DNA of 64,000 nucleotides, from positions 186,001 to 250,000 of the forward strand of contig NIVC01001126.1 of the NCBI GenBank assembly GCA_002269645.1. Direction: 5' to 3'. Both the position numbers and the translations under genes were made by a program. Below, piece by piece: positions 46,801 through 57,199 of the stretch. This stretch comes from Macrostomum lignano (Eukaryota). Each line of letters begins with the position of its first letter. Position 1 is the first letter of the stretch. The notes beneath the pieces were generated by a model, which worked only from the letters and a program-made list of their open reading frames with translations, did no database searches and was not told the DNA's origin.

Positions 46801-49800
46801 ACTCGCCCTGTCACTCGTTTCTTGCTTATTCAATGTATCACTCCGGATCGTCACTCTCATACTGACAGTCCATCAAAAATCAGCCTCACTTAAGCTGCAC
46901 CCAGGTGTTATTCCAATTCGGCAACAAATAGGTGATCGGCCTCGTTTCGCTGACGCACTCTCGATGTGGCGGTTTTGAGTAGCGAGTAGTCTTGCTGTAG
47001 CGGAGCCGCAGGTCCGTGTGCTGGCCGGGGCTGAGGTTAATGATGTCCGATGGCCAGGGGTACTCAGAACGGGGCACCACCAGCACCTTCGTGGGTGGTT
47101 GTTTTTTTGAGGGGCTGGCTTATATGAAGTAATTAGTGGAGCTATTTAGACGCAACTTTATAACAAGATTTACGAATTCATTTTACTAGTCACTCCATCG
47201 TCACTCTACTAGTCACTCCACCATCACTCTACTAGTCACTCCACCATCACTCTACTAGTCACTCCACCATCACTCTACTAGTCACTCCACCATCACTCTA
47301 CTAGTCACTCCACCATCACTCTACTAGTCACTCCACCATCACTCTACTAGTCACTCCACCATCACTCTACTAGTCACTCCACCATCACACATGCACACAG
47401 CCCCATGCCTCTAAAAATAAAAGGTCACTCCATCGTCACTATGCTAGTCACTCCAGCGTCAAAATTTACTATTCACTTCACGGTCACTCTCCTATAAGTC
47501 ACTCGCGCATTCTTACGCGCATGGCGCTGCTGTCGCTGTCAAAGTCGCCTGAGCCCGGTCGCAGGATGCGCGCCAGCTTGCTGGCGTTGTCGAAGCGCCT
47601 GCCGACGGAGTCGGTGGCGTCGGTGAAGAAGCCGACACTCAGGCGGGCCTCGGCAGGTCGCAGCAGCCGCCACGGATCCTCGGAGGCCACCGGGCGGAAG
47701 CGGTGGCACAGGCCGAGCCGCGGGTGCAGCAGCGTCTGGAAGTCGGCGGCAGAGCAGCGGCGGCCGGCGAATCGGCAGCCCGAGAGGCCGGCGGCCACGT
47801 CGCTGCCGAACTGCCGCCACAGAAGGCCGCGGCCGGCGCCGGCCGATACGGACTCGGACACCGCGGTCACGGCGCGGTCTGCGGTACGGCGGAGGCTTTG
47901 GGGTGTCAGTGGATGCATTGGGGTGTCAGTGGATGCATTGGGGTGTCAGTGAATGCATTAGGGTGTCAGTGGATGCATTGGGGTGTCAGTGGATGCATTG
48001 GAGTGTCAGTGAATGCATTGGGGTGTCAGTGGATGCATTGGAGTGTCAGTGAATGCATTGGGGTGTCAGTGGATGCATTGGGGTGTCAGTGGATGTATTC
48101 GGGTGTCAGCGAAGGCGTGAAGATGTCTGTAGATGATTTATGAGCAAAGCGACTACATTAAGCCTCTCTGGCAAGCTCCTGGATGCAAAATTAACGTTGA
48201 ATAGCAGTCTGTTGCCAGGGACTCACAGCATGGCTTGACGCTGCAAATTCTGAATTGAGCATATCCCCGCCGATTGGACTTCGAGAAGCAGGAAGGCACG
48301 GCTGAGGCTGATAGAAGACTGCGGCGGCTGTTTTTAAGCAAATACGTCAATTTTAACTACTAGTAGTAGAAATAGTAACATTTTTGTTAATTTTTTTTCC
48401 AAAAGATTTTCCTTACAAATAAGTTCCATTCTTCCATAGATAATCCACCATGACTTTGGCTTGACGGCAATGGTTGTGGTTCACCTTCAGCTCGAGATCC
48501 GGGGTTTCAACGTGAACTCGAATGACGTCTGCGAAATTCACGTTTGTAAAGTTTGTTTAGTTTCAAGCATGTCGAAAAGATTTCTAGTAGACAAATTGAT
48601 CAGGTCAAATTCAAGGATATCATTCAATCTAACTGGGATTTTCGGCCTTCAAAGTCGGCTCCAGCTGGTCCCAAGCGATGCAGTCGCGTCCCAAGTTGTC
48701 GGCGCTCTGACTTCCGGTGTACCGACCGGAGTGGCTCCTGTCTGGCTGGCTGCCGCGACTTGACGAAGGAACGCAGTCATAGTTAGGTGACATTGCTGCG
48801 GATTTAGTTGCCAGGGTAGCGAAAGAAGTTTTTCAAGGTGAATCACCAAGCTTAAAATGGAATCGAGGCAATTGCAGCGGCCCTGACTTTCTCTCATAGG
48901 TGAGAATGCACGAGCCAAAATGTGCCCTAGTGGTATCATGTGCCAAAGCCTACGCTCGATTCGGAATACTGGCTTATAACTACCGAAGTTATATTATTAG
49001 ACGACTTTTTCTATCAACACTTACAAACTCATTTCACCAGTCACTCCACCGTCACTCTACTAGTCACTCAACCGTCACTCTACTAGTCACTCCCAGTCAC
49101 TTTGCTAGTCACTCCACAGTCTCTCTACTAGTTCACTCTACTAGTCACTCAACCGTCACTCTACTGGTCACCTCCAGTCACTTTGCTAGTCACTCCACAG
49201 TCACTCTACTAGTCACTCCACCGTCACTCTACTAGTCTCTCGAGCGTCATTTTACGGTAGCCGCAGCCCAGTGGTCTGGCGCGGCGCTCTGGTGTGCCAG
49301 CGGCCCAGGCTCGATTCCCAGTGCAGTCACATTAATTTGGGGCTAAATTGGAATATCGGCTTGGCTCTGCTCGTGCAATTAACGGCCTTGAGGGCCAACC
49401 CCCAAGACGCAGTGAAGTGTACATGCCTAACGATAAATAAAGTTAGGACCGCTGTACACTTCTGCGTGAGTGTGTGCCTGTGCGTATGACTGCGTACGTA
49501 TCCGCGCGCTTGTGTGCCTGCTCAGGGGAAGTCGGCGGAATGGGCAGTAATGCCTCTCGCCGGTTGTGTGACAATGTCGCTCAAAGTGCGCCAGGGTGCA
49601 CACAACCCCTGGAGGAACGAAATTAAGACAATAATGTGCTTATCGTGCTACTCACGACAGTAAGGCACGTTGCAGTAAGCCGCTGAAAGCTGACCAAGTT
49701 CATCATGGTAGAAGCAGTACGGCCCGTCGTTGAAACTGGAAATCGAACTCCGGAACGCCAAGATTAGCGGCTTTGGTGCTGAAATCAGTGTTAATAACGA

Positions 49801-52800
49801 TTGAGCAGCTCACCTGAATGTCTAACCCTAACATGAAAATGAAAATGAAAATGAAAAAAGAAACTTTCACTCCACAACTATATAAAATAGAACAGAGTCA
49901 CATGCGGTAACCTTCACTGCCCCAGATCAAATGCAATCATTTATTTTCTGTGAAAAAAAGATTTTCTCTTATCTCCGCAGTGTATTTTTTCCCGGAAATC
50001 GGCCGCTTAAAAATTAAACGATTTTTTAGTTCTACCAGGTACGTCCTGTGATACTACAGTGGTCGTTGATCCTGTGATACTACAGTGGTCCTTGAACCTG
50101 TGATACTACAGAGGTCCTTTTGATCCTGTGATACTACAGTGGTCCTTGAACCTGTGATACTACAGTTGTGCTTTTGATCCTGTGATACTACAGTGGTCCT
50201 TGAACCTGTGATACTACAGTGGTCCTTGAACCTGTGATACTACAGTGGTCCTTGATCCTGTGATACTACAGTGGTTCTTGAACCTGTGATACTACAGTGG
50301 TCCTTGAACCTGTGATACTACAGTGGTCCTTTTGATCCTGTGATACTACAGTGGTCCTTTTGATCCTGTGATACTACAGTGGTCCTTGAACCTGTGATAC
50401 TACAGTGGTCCTTGATCCTGTGATACTACAGTGGTTCTTGAACCTGTGATACTACAGTGGTCCTTGAACCTGTGATACTACAGTGGTCCTTTTGATCCTG
50501 TGATACTACAGTGGTCCTTCAACCTGTGATACTACAGTGGTCCTTGAAACTACAATGGTCCTTGAATCACGTGCGTGGTGTGAACCGCGTCACTTGGGGC
50601 TAAGATTTACCTTGGAACATAAGCAAGAGTTTCATTTTATCCATGTGGCCTGGTGGTGAATTGCTTGAATTGCAAAGCACTCACCTTCATGCCTCATTTG
50701 ATAGACGCTTAAGTAGCCTCCAACTCCGCCGCACTTTTGCTTATAACCGAAAGGACAAGTTGAGTCGCAATGCTCGTCTCCTTGAGGACGGTTCCACAGA
50801 AATTTCCTGGTGCAATGGCAACCCCTCGGGCTCAGTCCGATGTAGCTGAAGTTGCTATTGAAGCAGCACTGGGCGCAGTTGCTGGTCGACCAGCGCATGG
50901 CGTAATCAATTCTGTCCGCATTGGGTGTCTCACCTGGCTTATAGATTCGTTCGTACATTGAGCCGCATATGGAGAATGCGGAGCCCACCGTGTCATTGTG
51001 GAAACAGCCCCTGTACCTGTGGAATGGATCTGGAAAGATTTGTATAGATTTTACTTTTCTACTCATTATGGTCACTAGAGAGTCACCACCAGTCACCACA
51101 CTGAAGGCTCTCACAAGCTGCCACCAGTCACCACACTGAAGGCTCTCACAAGCTGCCACCAGTCACCACACTGAAGGCTCTCACAAGCTGCCACCACACT
51201 GAAGGCTCTCACAAGCTGCCACCACACTGAAGGCTCTCACTCGCTGCCACCACACTGAAGGCTCTCACTCGCTGCCACCACACTGAAGGCTCTCACAAGC
51301 TGCCACCTTCCGCAGGTCAGTCAGCGGCAGTCCTCGCGGCTGTCGGCACCTTCTGTCGTTCTCCGAGAAATTCATCGCTAGGATGCGGTCAGTGATGGAG
51401 CGCCCAGCCTCCCCCAGCGCCCTGGCAGCGCGGTTCCAGCTGATGCACTGCCGGTGCGTGACGTAGGGCCGGAAGCGGCTCAGGTTCAGGGGCTGCGTGG
51501 GTTCCAGAGGCTCAAATAGGATGCCATCTGAGTACACAGGGACTGCGGACTGGTTGCCTGAGTACTCCTCCCCTGAGTGAGTCGTGCGGCAGAGGCTCGG
51601 GTCCGCTGAAACGGTTTGGGGTCAGCTGGGGTCAGCAGGTGATGAGTCCCTACAGCAGACACTAACCAGTAGCACACAGACACTCACCGGTAGCACAGAG
51701 ACACTCACCGGTAGCACAGAGACACTCACCGGTAGCACGCAGACACTCACCGGTAGCACAAAGACACTCACTGGTAGCATGTAGACACTCACCGGTAGCA
51801 CACAGACACTCACTGGTAGCATGCAGACACTCACCGGTAGCATGCAGACACTCACCGGTAGCACACAGACACTCACCGGTAGCACACAGACACTCACCGG
51901 TAGCACGCAGACACTCACCGGTAGCACAGAGACACTCACCGGTAGCACACAGACACTCACTGGTAGCACACAGACACTCACCGGTAGCATGCAGACACTC
52001 ACCGGTAGCACGTAGACACTCACTGGTAGCACACAGACACTCACTGGTAGCACACAGACACTCAACGGTAGCACACAGACACTCACCGGTAGCACACAGA
52101 CACTCACCGGTAGCACGCAGACACTCACCGGTAGCACACAGACACTCACCGGTAGCACGCAGACACTCACCGGTAGCACACAGACACTCACCGGTAGCAC
52201 GCAGACACTCACCGGTAGCACACAGACACTCACCGGTAGCACAAAGACACTCACCGGTAGCACACAGACACTCACCGGTAGCACAGAGACACTCACCGGT
52301 AGCACAGAGACGCAAATTTAATTCAACTGCAAGCCATGTTCACACAGTTTTCTATTGGTTGCAATGTGAAGCAGCTTTCTTGCTTGCACAAAATAAAAAA
52401 CTGAAAGCAAAAAAGCGATTTCAACAAGATCTTAACTTGATGCTTATCAAAAAATTAATTTGAATCGTCGAATTTCTATTTTGATTCAAATTGGATAGGC
52501 CTGTGAAGATTGCAGGGTATAAATTGATAGAATCAATTAAAAAACTGTTTGATTTCTCGTATAGCATGGCAGACTGACTTCAGAAACTACTAAAAAGCCC
52601 TAAACATGAAGTAGCGAAGTAGCTGTTTAAAATAAAGTGCTGAAAAAAGGAAAAGGAATGCAGTATTTTCTAAACAATAGAAGTGATAAATAAGGACAGA
52701 GCGAAAACGTGATAAAACACAAGATATTCATAATATCAATAGTTTTTATAGATTTTGTAAGCTTTCAAGATGAACCAGTATTTAGTTTAAAGAAATCAAA

Positions 52801-55800
52801 TTTTAACTTTTGCCCAAATACAAAATCTAAAAAAACCGTAAAAATAACTTTAAAACACACTAGTTTGGTATGAGCTCAAAAAGATTTGATTTAATTGACA
52901 CTTGAATTTTAATTTCAAACTTAACAACTGCGTACTTTTTATTCACGTAATTTGTGTCTTTTTATTAAATACACCCCTGCCCCAATTGGGCCAGATGTGC
53001 AACCGACAGCTCAGCCGCAGCTATTGCGCGGCGCATCTGAAGGCTGCGTACGGCTGTTCAGTCCAAGGACTGGGGGGGGGGGTCTCCACACACACCCTCA
53101 ATTACCCCAGCTAATGCTGGCACCCTTTTACAGCTGGGTGAACTGAAGCAATGCAGAGTCTTGCTCAAGGACACAAATTGTTCCGAGTGGGTCGAGAATC
53201 GAACCCCCGACCTTTCAGTCGTGAGTCTGAAGCTCTAACCACTAGGCAAAACCCAATTAGTAAGCTAAATTTATTCATAGTACATCAATTAACTGTAATA
53301 ACTGTATAATATTTACCGTAACTAAATTAAAGGTCATATTGTTCCATTTCAGACTAAGAACTCCGACTCTCGCTCTTCACAGTCTTAATATATAATATTG
53401 TAGCTTACATGCTACATGAGGTTATTCAAATAAGCAGAATTCTGATTGACGATAGAACATTGCCAGCGTACCTCCAACGAATATAGGGATTGTAATAATA
53501 GTAGGCACCTCCGGTGGGAAGACAACTCTGACAGTTATTAAACCACCATCCGCCATTGCCATAGTTGGAGACACACGATCCAGGGCTCTGATCGTTGTCC
53601 ATAGTGGCAAACTTCATGCCTTTGTGAAAGTTCAGCGAGTCGCCGGTTGCGTTGGAGCTGGCTGTCAGCTGTGAAAGGAACGTCATGGTGTTGCTCGTGC
53701 TGGCATCGCCAACTGAGAATCCGGAGTATTCGTCAACGTAGGAAACGCCTGTAGTGGACACGGTCTCCACTCTCAGCTTTCTGGGAGTGCTGCCGGTCAG
53801 TTCGTTGATCTTTCTTAGACCTGAAATAAATTCGGCATTCCAGATAGAACAACTACCAGAGCGGTGTGCGAGGATCTATGATCTCTTTCTACCGAGCCCT
53901 GTCACAACAGAACGAACTGGAGTGCTTTATTCATAGGCGAGTTCCGTAGCCCAGTGGTATGGCGCGGCGCTCTGGTGTGCCAGCGGCCCCTCAGGCTTGA
54001 TTCCAAGTGCAGTCAATTTAATTTTGGGGCTAAATTGAAATCTCGGCTTGGCTCTGCTCGTCCAATTAACGGCCTTGAGAGCCAACCCCTAAGGTTAGGA
54101 CCGCTGTACACTCCTGTGTGAGTGTGTGCCTGTGCGTATGACTGCGTACGTATCCTCGCGCTTGTGTGCCTGCTCAGGGGAGTCGGCGGAATGGGCAGTG
54201 ATGCCTCTCGCCGTTCGTGTGACAATGTCGCCTAAAGTGCGCCATAGCTCGTAGGCTCAACCCTTGACAATCTGTCTGATCAACAGAGCCCAGTCTCACC
54301 GAGCCAAACGTCCACTCCGTCTCCAAATCCGTCTTCGTACTCAATCCAGGTCCGGGCGAAGCTCATAGTTAATTGCGAACGACTCAGCATAACGTAGTAC
54401 CCCGGAGTCGGACTGGGCGCTGTAGTAGGATTAGTTGTTGTTAATTCCTCTAAAAATCAGTGCCACTAAGCTAGCAATCCCAGGCATTTTTTTACCTTTC
54501 ACCCTTCGTTAGACGATGCTGCGCGGAGCGGCAGCTGAGAAGTCGGCGTTGTTCGCGACGGAGAACAGGCACACCTGAGCCTCCTCCAGGTAGGCGGTGG
54601 CGGCGCACACGGCCAGACCAGCGGCCGAGCACTGCACAGTGCAGTGCATGTCGCTGCTGCCACGAGCCGATGTTATCAGAGCTGTTGAATTCAGCGACTC
54701 CACCAGGTCAGTCGAGTACTCTGTGGTGTTGCGGCCATGCACTCGGGATTGACAATTGTGACCTGGTACTCCTTGTTCAAAACGAAAAAAATGAGATTCG
54801 TTTAAATTGGCTTACCTGCATCGTCGAGACCGCTGGCTGCTGCGGCGCGAATCGCAGCGCAGATGAACAGTAGAATGGCGCGGTACATTTGTCGGAAGGT
54901 TCAAGTGAGTGAGTTGAGCTTAATTTTCTTTAGACAGGGAGCGCGCCTCCCGAATGAGCGCCTCTATTTATGCCCAACTGATAAACAGCCCCCCCCCGAA
55001 AGCGTGGGAGCCGCCTTCCGACTTGAGTACCTCCATCTCTTGGCAACGTGTGTCGGAAATACACACACACAAACACACACACACACACACACAGTCCCCC
55101 TTCCCTCCATTACTCAAGATTGGCGGTTGTTCCCAGCAACTCTGCTGCGTATTGTCTAAAAACTTTTACCCGTAACCACTGGCAGATTAGGGATGCTGAG
55201 CTGAGTTGTTGACAAGATGGATGTTGTTTCTTCTTCCTACTTTCTCTGATGCATCTTATGATGAAGCCTCAACTTAAACTGCTTACTTTGGGGCAAAGCC
55301 TCCGCTTGAGCATAGACCTCACTGAATTGACTTTACAGAGAAGCCCACAGCAAAAAGCTGCAGAAGTCAGGGAAAAACTGCTCTTGCTAATTGATTTTTA
55401 CCAGGCCTCAGCGCTTACCCTCTCCGCTCTCATCTTTTCGGAGATGAGTTTCTTTAGTTAAGTTTTTTTTCAACTTTTGTATGCTCCGCCTCTCTACATA
55501 GAGGGCTGCCTATGGATTTTTCTTGGAATGAGACAGAATCCTTGGTCTAATCGATGACCGAAGGGATAGAAAGGATTACTCATCAGCAGAGGCTCTATGG
55601 CCCAAGTGCATTTTTTAGGATTTTCACTCATTTGTTTTTATAGTTCGTACCAGGGGTAAATGACTGCAATCCCGTCCGCTGAGAATGTCTATGGTAAAAA
55701 CTGCCATGGTTCAATGCTTTCAGTTGGTTTCACAGCCCGCCGAGAAAGTCTATGGTAGAAACTGGCATGGATCAATCTTTCAGTTGGCTTCACGGTACGC

Positions 55801-56682
55801 CGAGAATGTCTATGGTAAAACCTGGCATGGATCAATGCTTTCAGTTCGTTTCACGGTCCGCCGAGAAAGTCTATGGTAGAAACTGGCATGGATCAATCTT
55901 TCAGTTGGCTTCACGGTACGCCGAGAATGTCTATGGTAAAACCTGGCATGGATCAATGCTTTCAGTTGGTCTCACAGCCCGCCAAGCCGGCTCACAGACT
56001 CTCACTGTGACTCACAGGCACTCACGGTGACACACAAAGACACTCAATGTGACTCACAGACTCTCACTGTGACACACATAGACACTCACTGTGACACACA
56101 CAGGCACTCACAGTAACACTCACCAGTCCCAGTGAACTGCAGCGACTCAACCAGCTCATCCTCAGCCGCCATCACAGCCTCCGACAGAGCCTGTGCTGCA
56201 TCGCTGAAGTGGCCGCTGGATTGATGAGGCGGGAAGCTGCTGGAGTCTGAGATGTCAAACTTGAGCAGCGCCTCAATCAGCGAGTTCTTGTACGGCTTGA
56301 ACCCCGGCCGCTTGTAGGAATGTGAGCTCAGCTCCGTACCGCTCTCCACCTGCCTGCTCAGCCTGCTCATGGTCACGTGATCAGCTGGGCACAGGTAAAT
56401 ATCGGGGAACTGAAATTGCAGATTAGCGGTGACTCCGGTTGTCAAGGGAACGCTGAGATAATGAGCTGCCAGGCAGTACATGTGGTAGGCGAATCCGCAG
56501 TACGTGAGCAGAAGGAAGCTGAGCCACATCATCCTGCCGCAGCGGCTGCTCTGCGACCCCAGGCGGCCCAGGCCGTGAGCAGTCGTGTAGTTGGTGAAGT
56601 GCAGCAGTGACTGCCGCAGTTTTGCGCCATCAGCTGCTGGCGGCGAGCTTTCGGCTCGACAACTTCTGGGGTCTGTCGACAT
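43881..56682 (-). CDS. DEG/ENaC (degenerin/FaNaC-like) sodium channel subunit
   Basis: Core exons: 56682-56124, 47878-47517, 47086-46890, [46402-46307], 45683-45073, 44065-43881, all phase-consistent. Motifs: [11 protein letters not shown]1, [17 protein letters not shown]....[14 protein letters not shown]....LSPG, thumb Cys (DC...CGC...C...C...CPPPC), [30 protein letters not shown] (TM2, GxS filter). Confidence 0.93.
44361..44612 (-). mobile_element. SINE family A, copy 3, inverted and lacking the tRNA head
   Basis: Reverse complement of the body of copy 1 (ggcgcactttaagcgaca...gcagagccagccgagattcc). Confidence 0.7.
45705..46255. repeat. Compound intronic array: 12-bp (ggatctgtgctg)n then 15-bp (atctggggcacaggg)n
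   Basis: Read directly. Confidence 0.95.
46503..46810. repeat. 15-bp intronic array (ctctcatccttgtca)n
   Basis: Read directly. Confidence 0.95.
47185..47390. repeat. 23-bp intronic array (catcactctactagtcactccac)n
   Basis: Read directly; a related array lies at 49040-49240. Confidence 0.9.
47895..48110. repeat. 20-bp intronic array (gggtgtcagtggatgcattg)n
   Basis: Read directly. Confidence 0.9.
48227..51605 (-). CDS. Six exons encoding kringle(N)-WSC-kringle(C)-kringle 2 (384 aa), probably part of the DEG/ENaC mRNA
   Basis: 51605-51297 ([20 protein letters not shown]); 51029-50685 (WSC: YRGCF, CAQCC, YIGL, CHC, CDSTC, CGG, LSVY); 49778-49656 (GPYCFY, YCNVPYC); 48795-48634, 48528-48417 and 48327-48227 ([32 protein letters not shown]). 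The block opens with a phase-1 acceptor and closes with a phase-1 donor. Confidence 0.8.
49040..49240. repeat. Decayed 23-bp array of the same family as 47185-47390
   Basis: ctctactagtcactccaccgtca units. Confidence 0.8.
49261..49605 (+). mobile_element. tRNA-derived SINE, family A, copy 1
   Basis: A-box-like GCCCAGTGG and B-box-like GGCTCGATTCC. Closely similar to 53944-54244. Confidence 0.7.
50050..50550. repeat. 26-29-bp intronic array (cctgtgatactacagtggtccttgaa)n
   Basis: Read directly. Confidence 0.9.
51085..51300. repeat. 28-35-bp intronic array (ccaccagtcaccacactgaaggctctcacaagctg)n
   Basis: Read directly. Its first unit on the minus strand supplies the splice donor of the kringle-N exon. 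Confidence 0.85.
51665..52310. repeat. 21-bp intronic array (gcacacagacactcaccggta)n
   Basis: Read directly. Confidence 0.95.
52975..53248 (-). mobile_element. tRNA-head SINE, family B, with a CORE-like domain
   Basis: The minus strand reads GCCTAGTGGTTAGAGC...GGTTCGATTCTCGACCC, then TGTGTCCTTGAGCAAG...CACCCAGCTGTAAA. Confidence 0.65.
53426..54888 (-). pseudogene. Nested signal peptide-PAN-fibrinogen C-terminal (FReD) gene with one in-frame TAA (54509-54511)
   Basis: Exons 54888-54816 ([19 protein letters not shown]), 54762-54496 (CTVQC...CAATAY...C.L), 54419-54300 ([17 protein letters not shown]) and 53820-53426 ([32 protein letters not shown]) are phase-consistent. It could be a pseudogene, a null allele or a base error. 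Confidence 0.8.
53944..54244 (+). mobile_element. tRNA-derived SINE, family A, copy 2 (in intron 3 of the FReD gene)
   Basis: Collinear with copy 1 over ~300 bp. Confidence 0.7.
55670..55985. repeat. Five ~59-60-bp tandem units (cgccgagaatgtctatggtaaaacctggcatggatcaat...)
   Basis: Two alternating variants form a ~119-bp dimer. Confidence 0.85.
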
Positions 56683-57199
56683 TGGGATTGCAGATCAGAG
56701 CGAACTCAGTTTTCCCCAGAATAATGCATATTTATGTACCCCGAATTCTCATGTGACTTCGACTCCAACCCGAAAACTCGATCAGATCGCTCAGACAAGT
56801 TCGATTGAACTGTAGGCGAAATCGCAGTCAAATTCGCTGCTCCGGGTAAGGCAATTTTGTGTTTTGCCAATGCCACTCGATCGGGCTGTCATCGCAGAGT
56901 CACACGTCCGTCTGTCGCGTGGATTTCCGTTCTAAGCGATTATGCCAGACTTGGGATGCTGCATTCGGCCGATGGCAACTGGCTATTATTTCTGACTGAT
57001 TGATGCAGCAACTGGTCACAGTGAACAGTTGGATACGAGTGCCACACATGAAAGATCAGATAGAAATGAAAAGCCATGAAAATGTTTCGTATTAAAAGTG
57101 CCAATATTGTTCTGCTAAATGATAGATACGAGCGTATAGCAACTTGTTGCTCCTGATTGCGCTGCAATATGGTGTAGTTCATCGTTTTTGAAGGTTCCC

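Noticed and set aside
45703-46860. PQIPV/PAQI, DKDES and SQHR low-complexity extensions of channel ORFs
   Set aside because: Intronic arrays. Canonical acceptors and donors exclude them from the channel frame.
48227-51605. Stand-alone Kremen orthologue
   Set aside because: No signal peptide, CUB domain or transmembrane exon was found, and the WSC lies inside the kringle rather than after it.
53175-53248. tRNA gene
   Set aside because: It has A/B-box-like motifs but continues into a CORE-like SINE body, and the acceptor stem is not clean.
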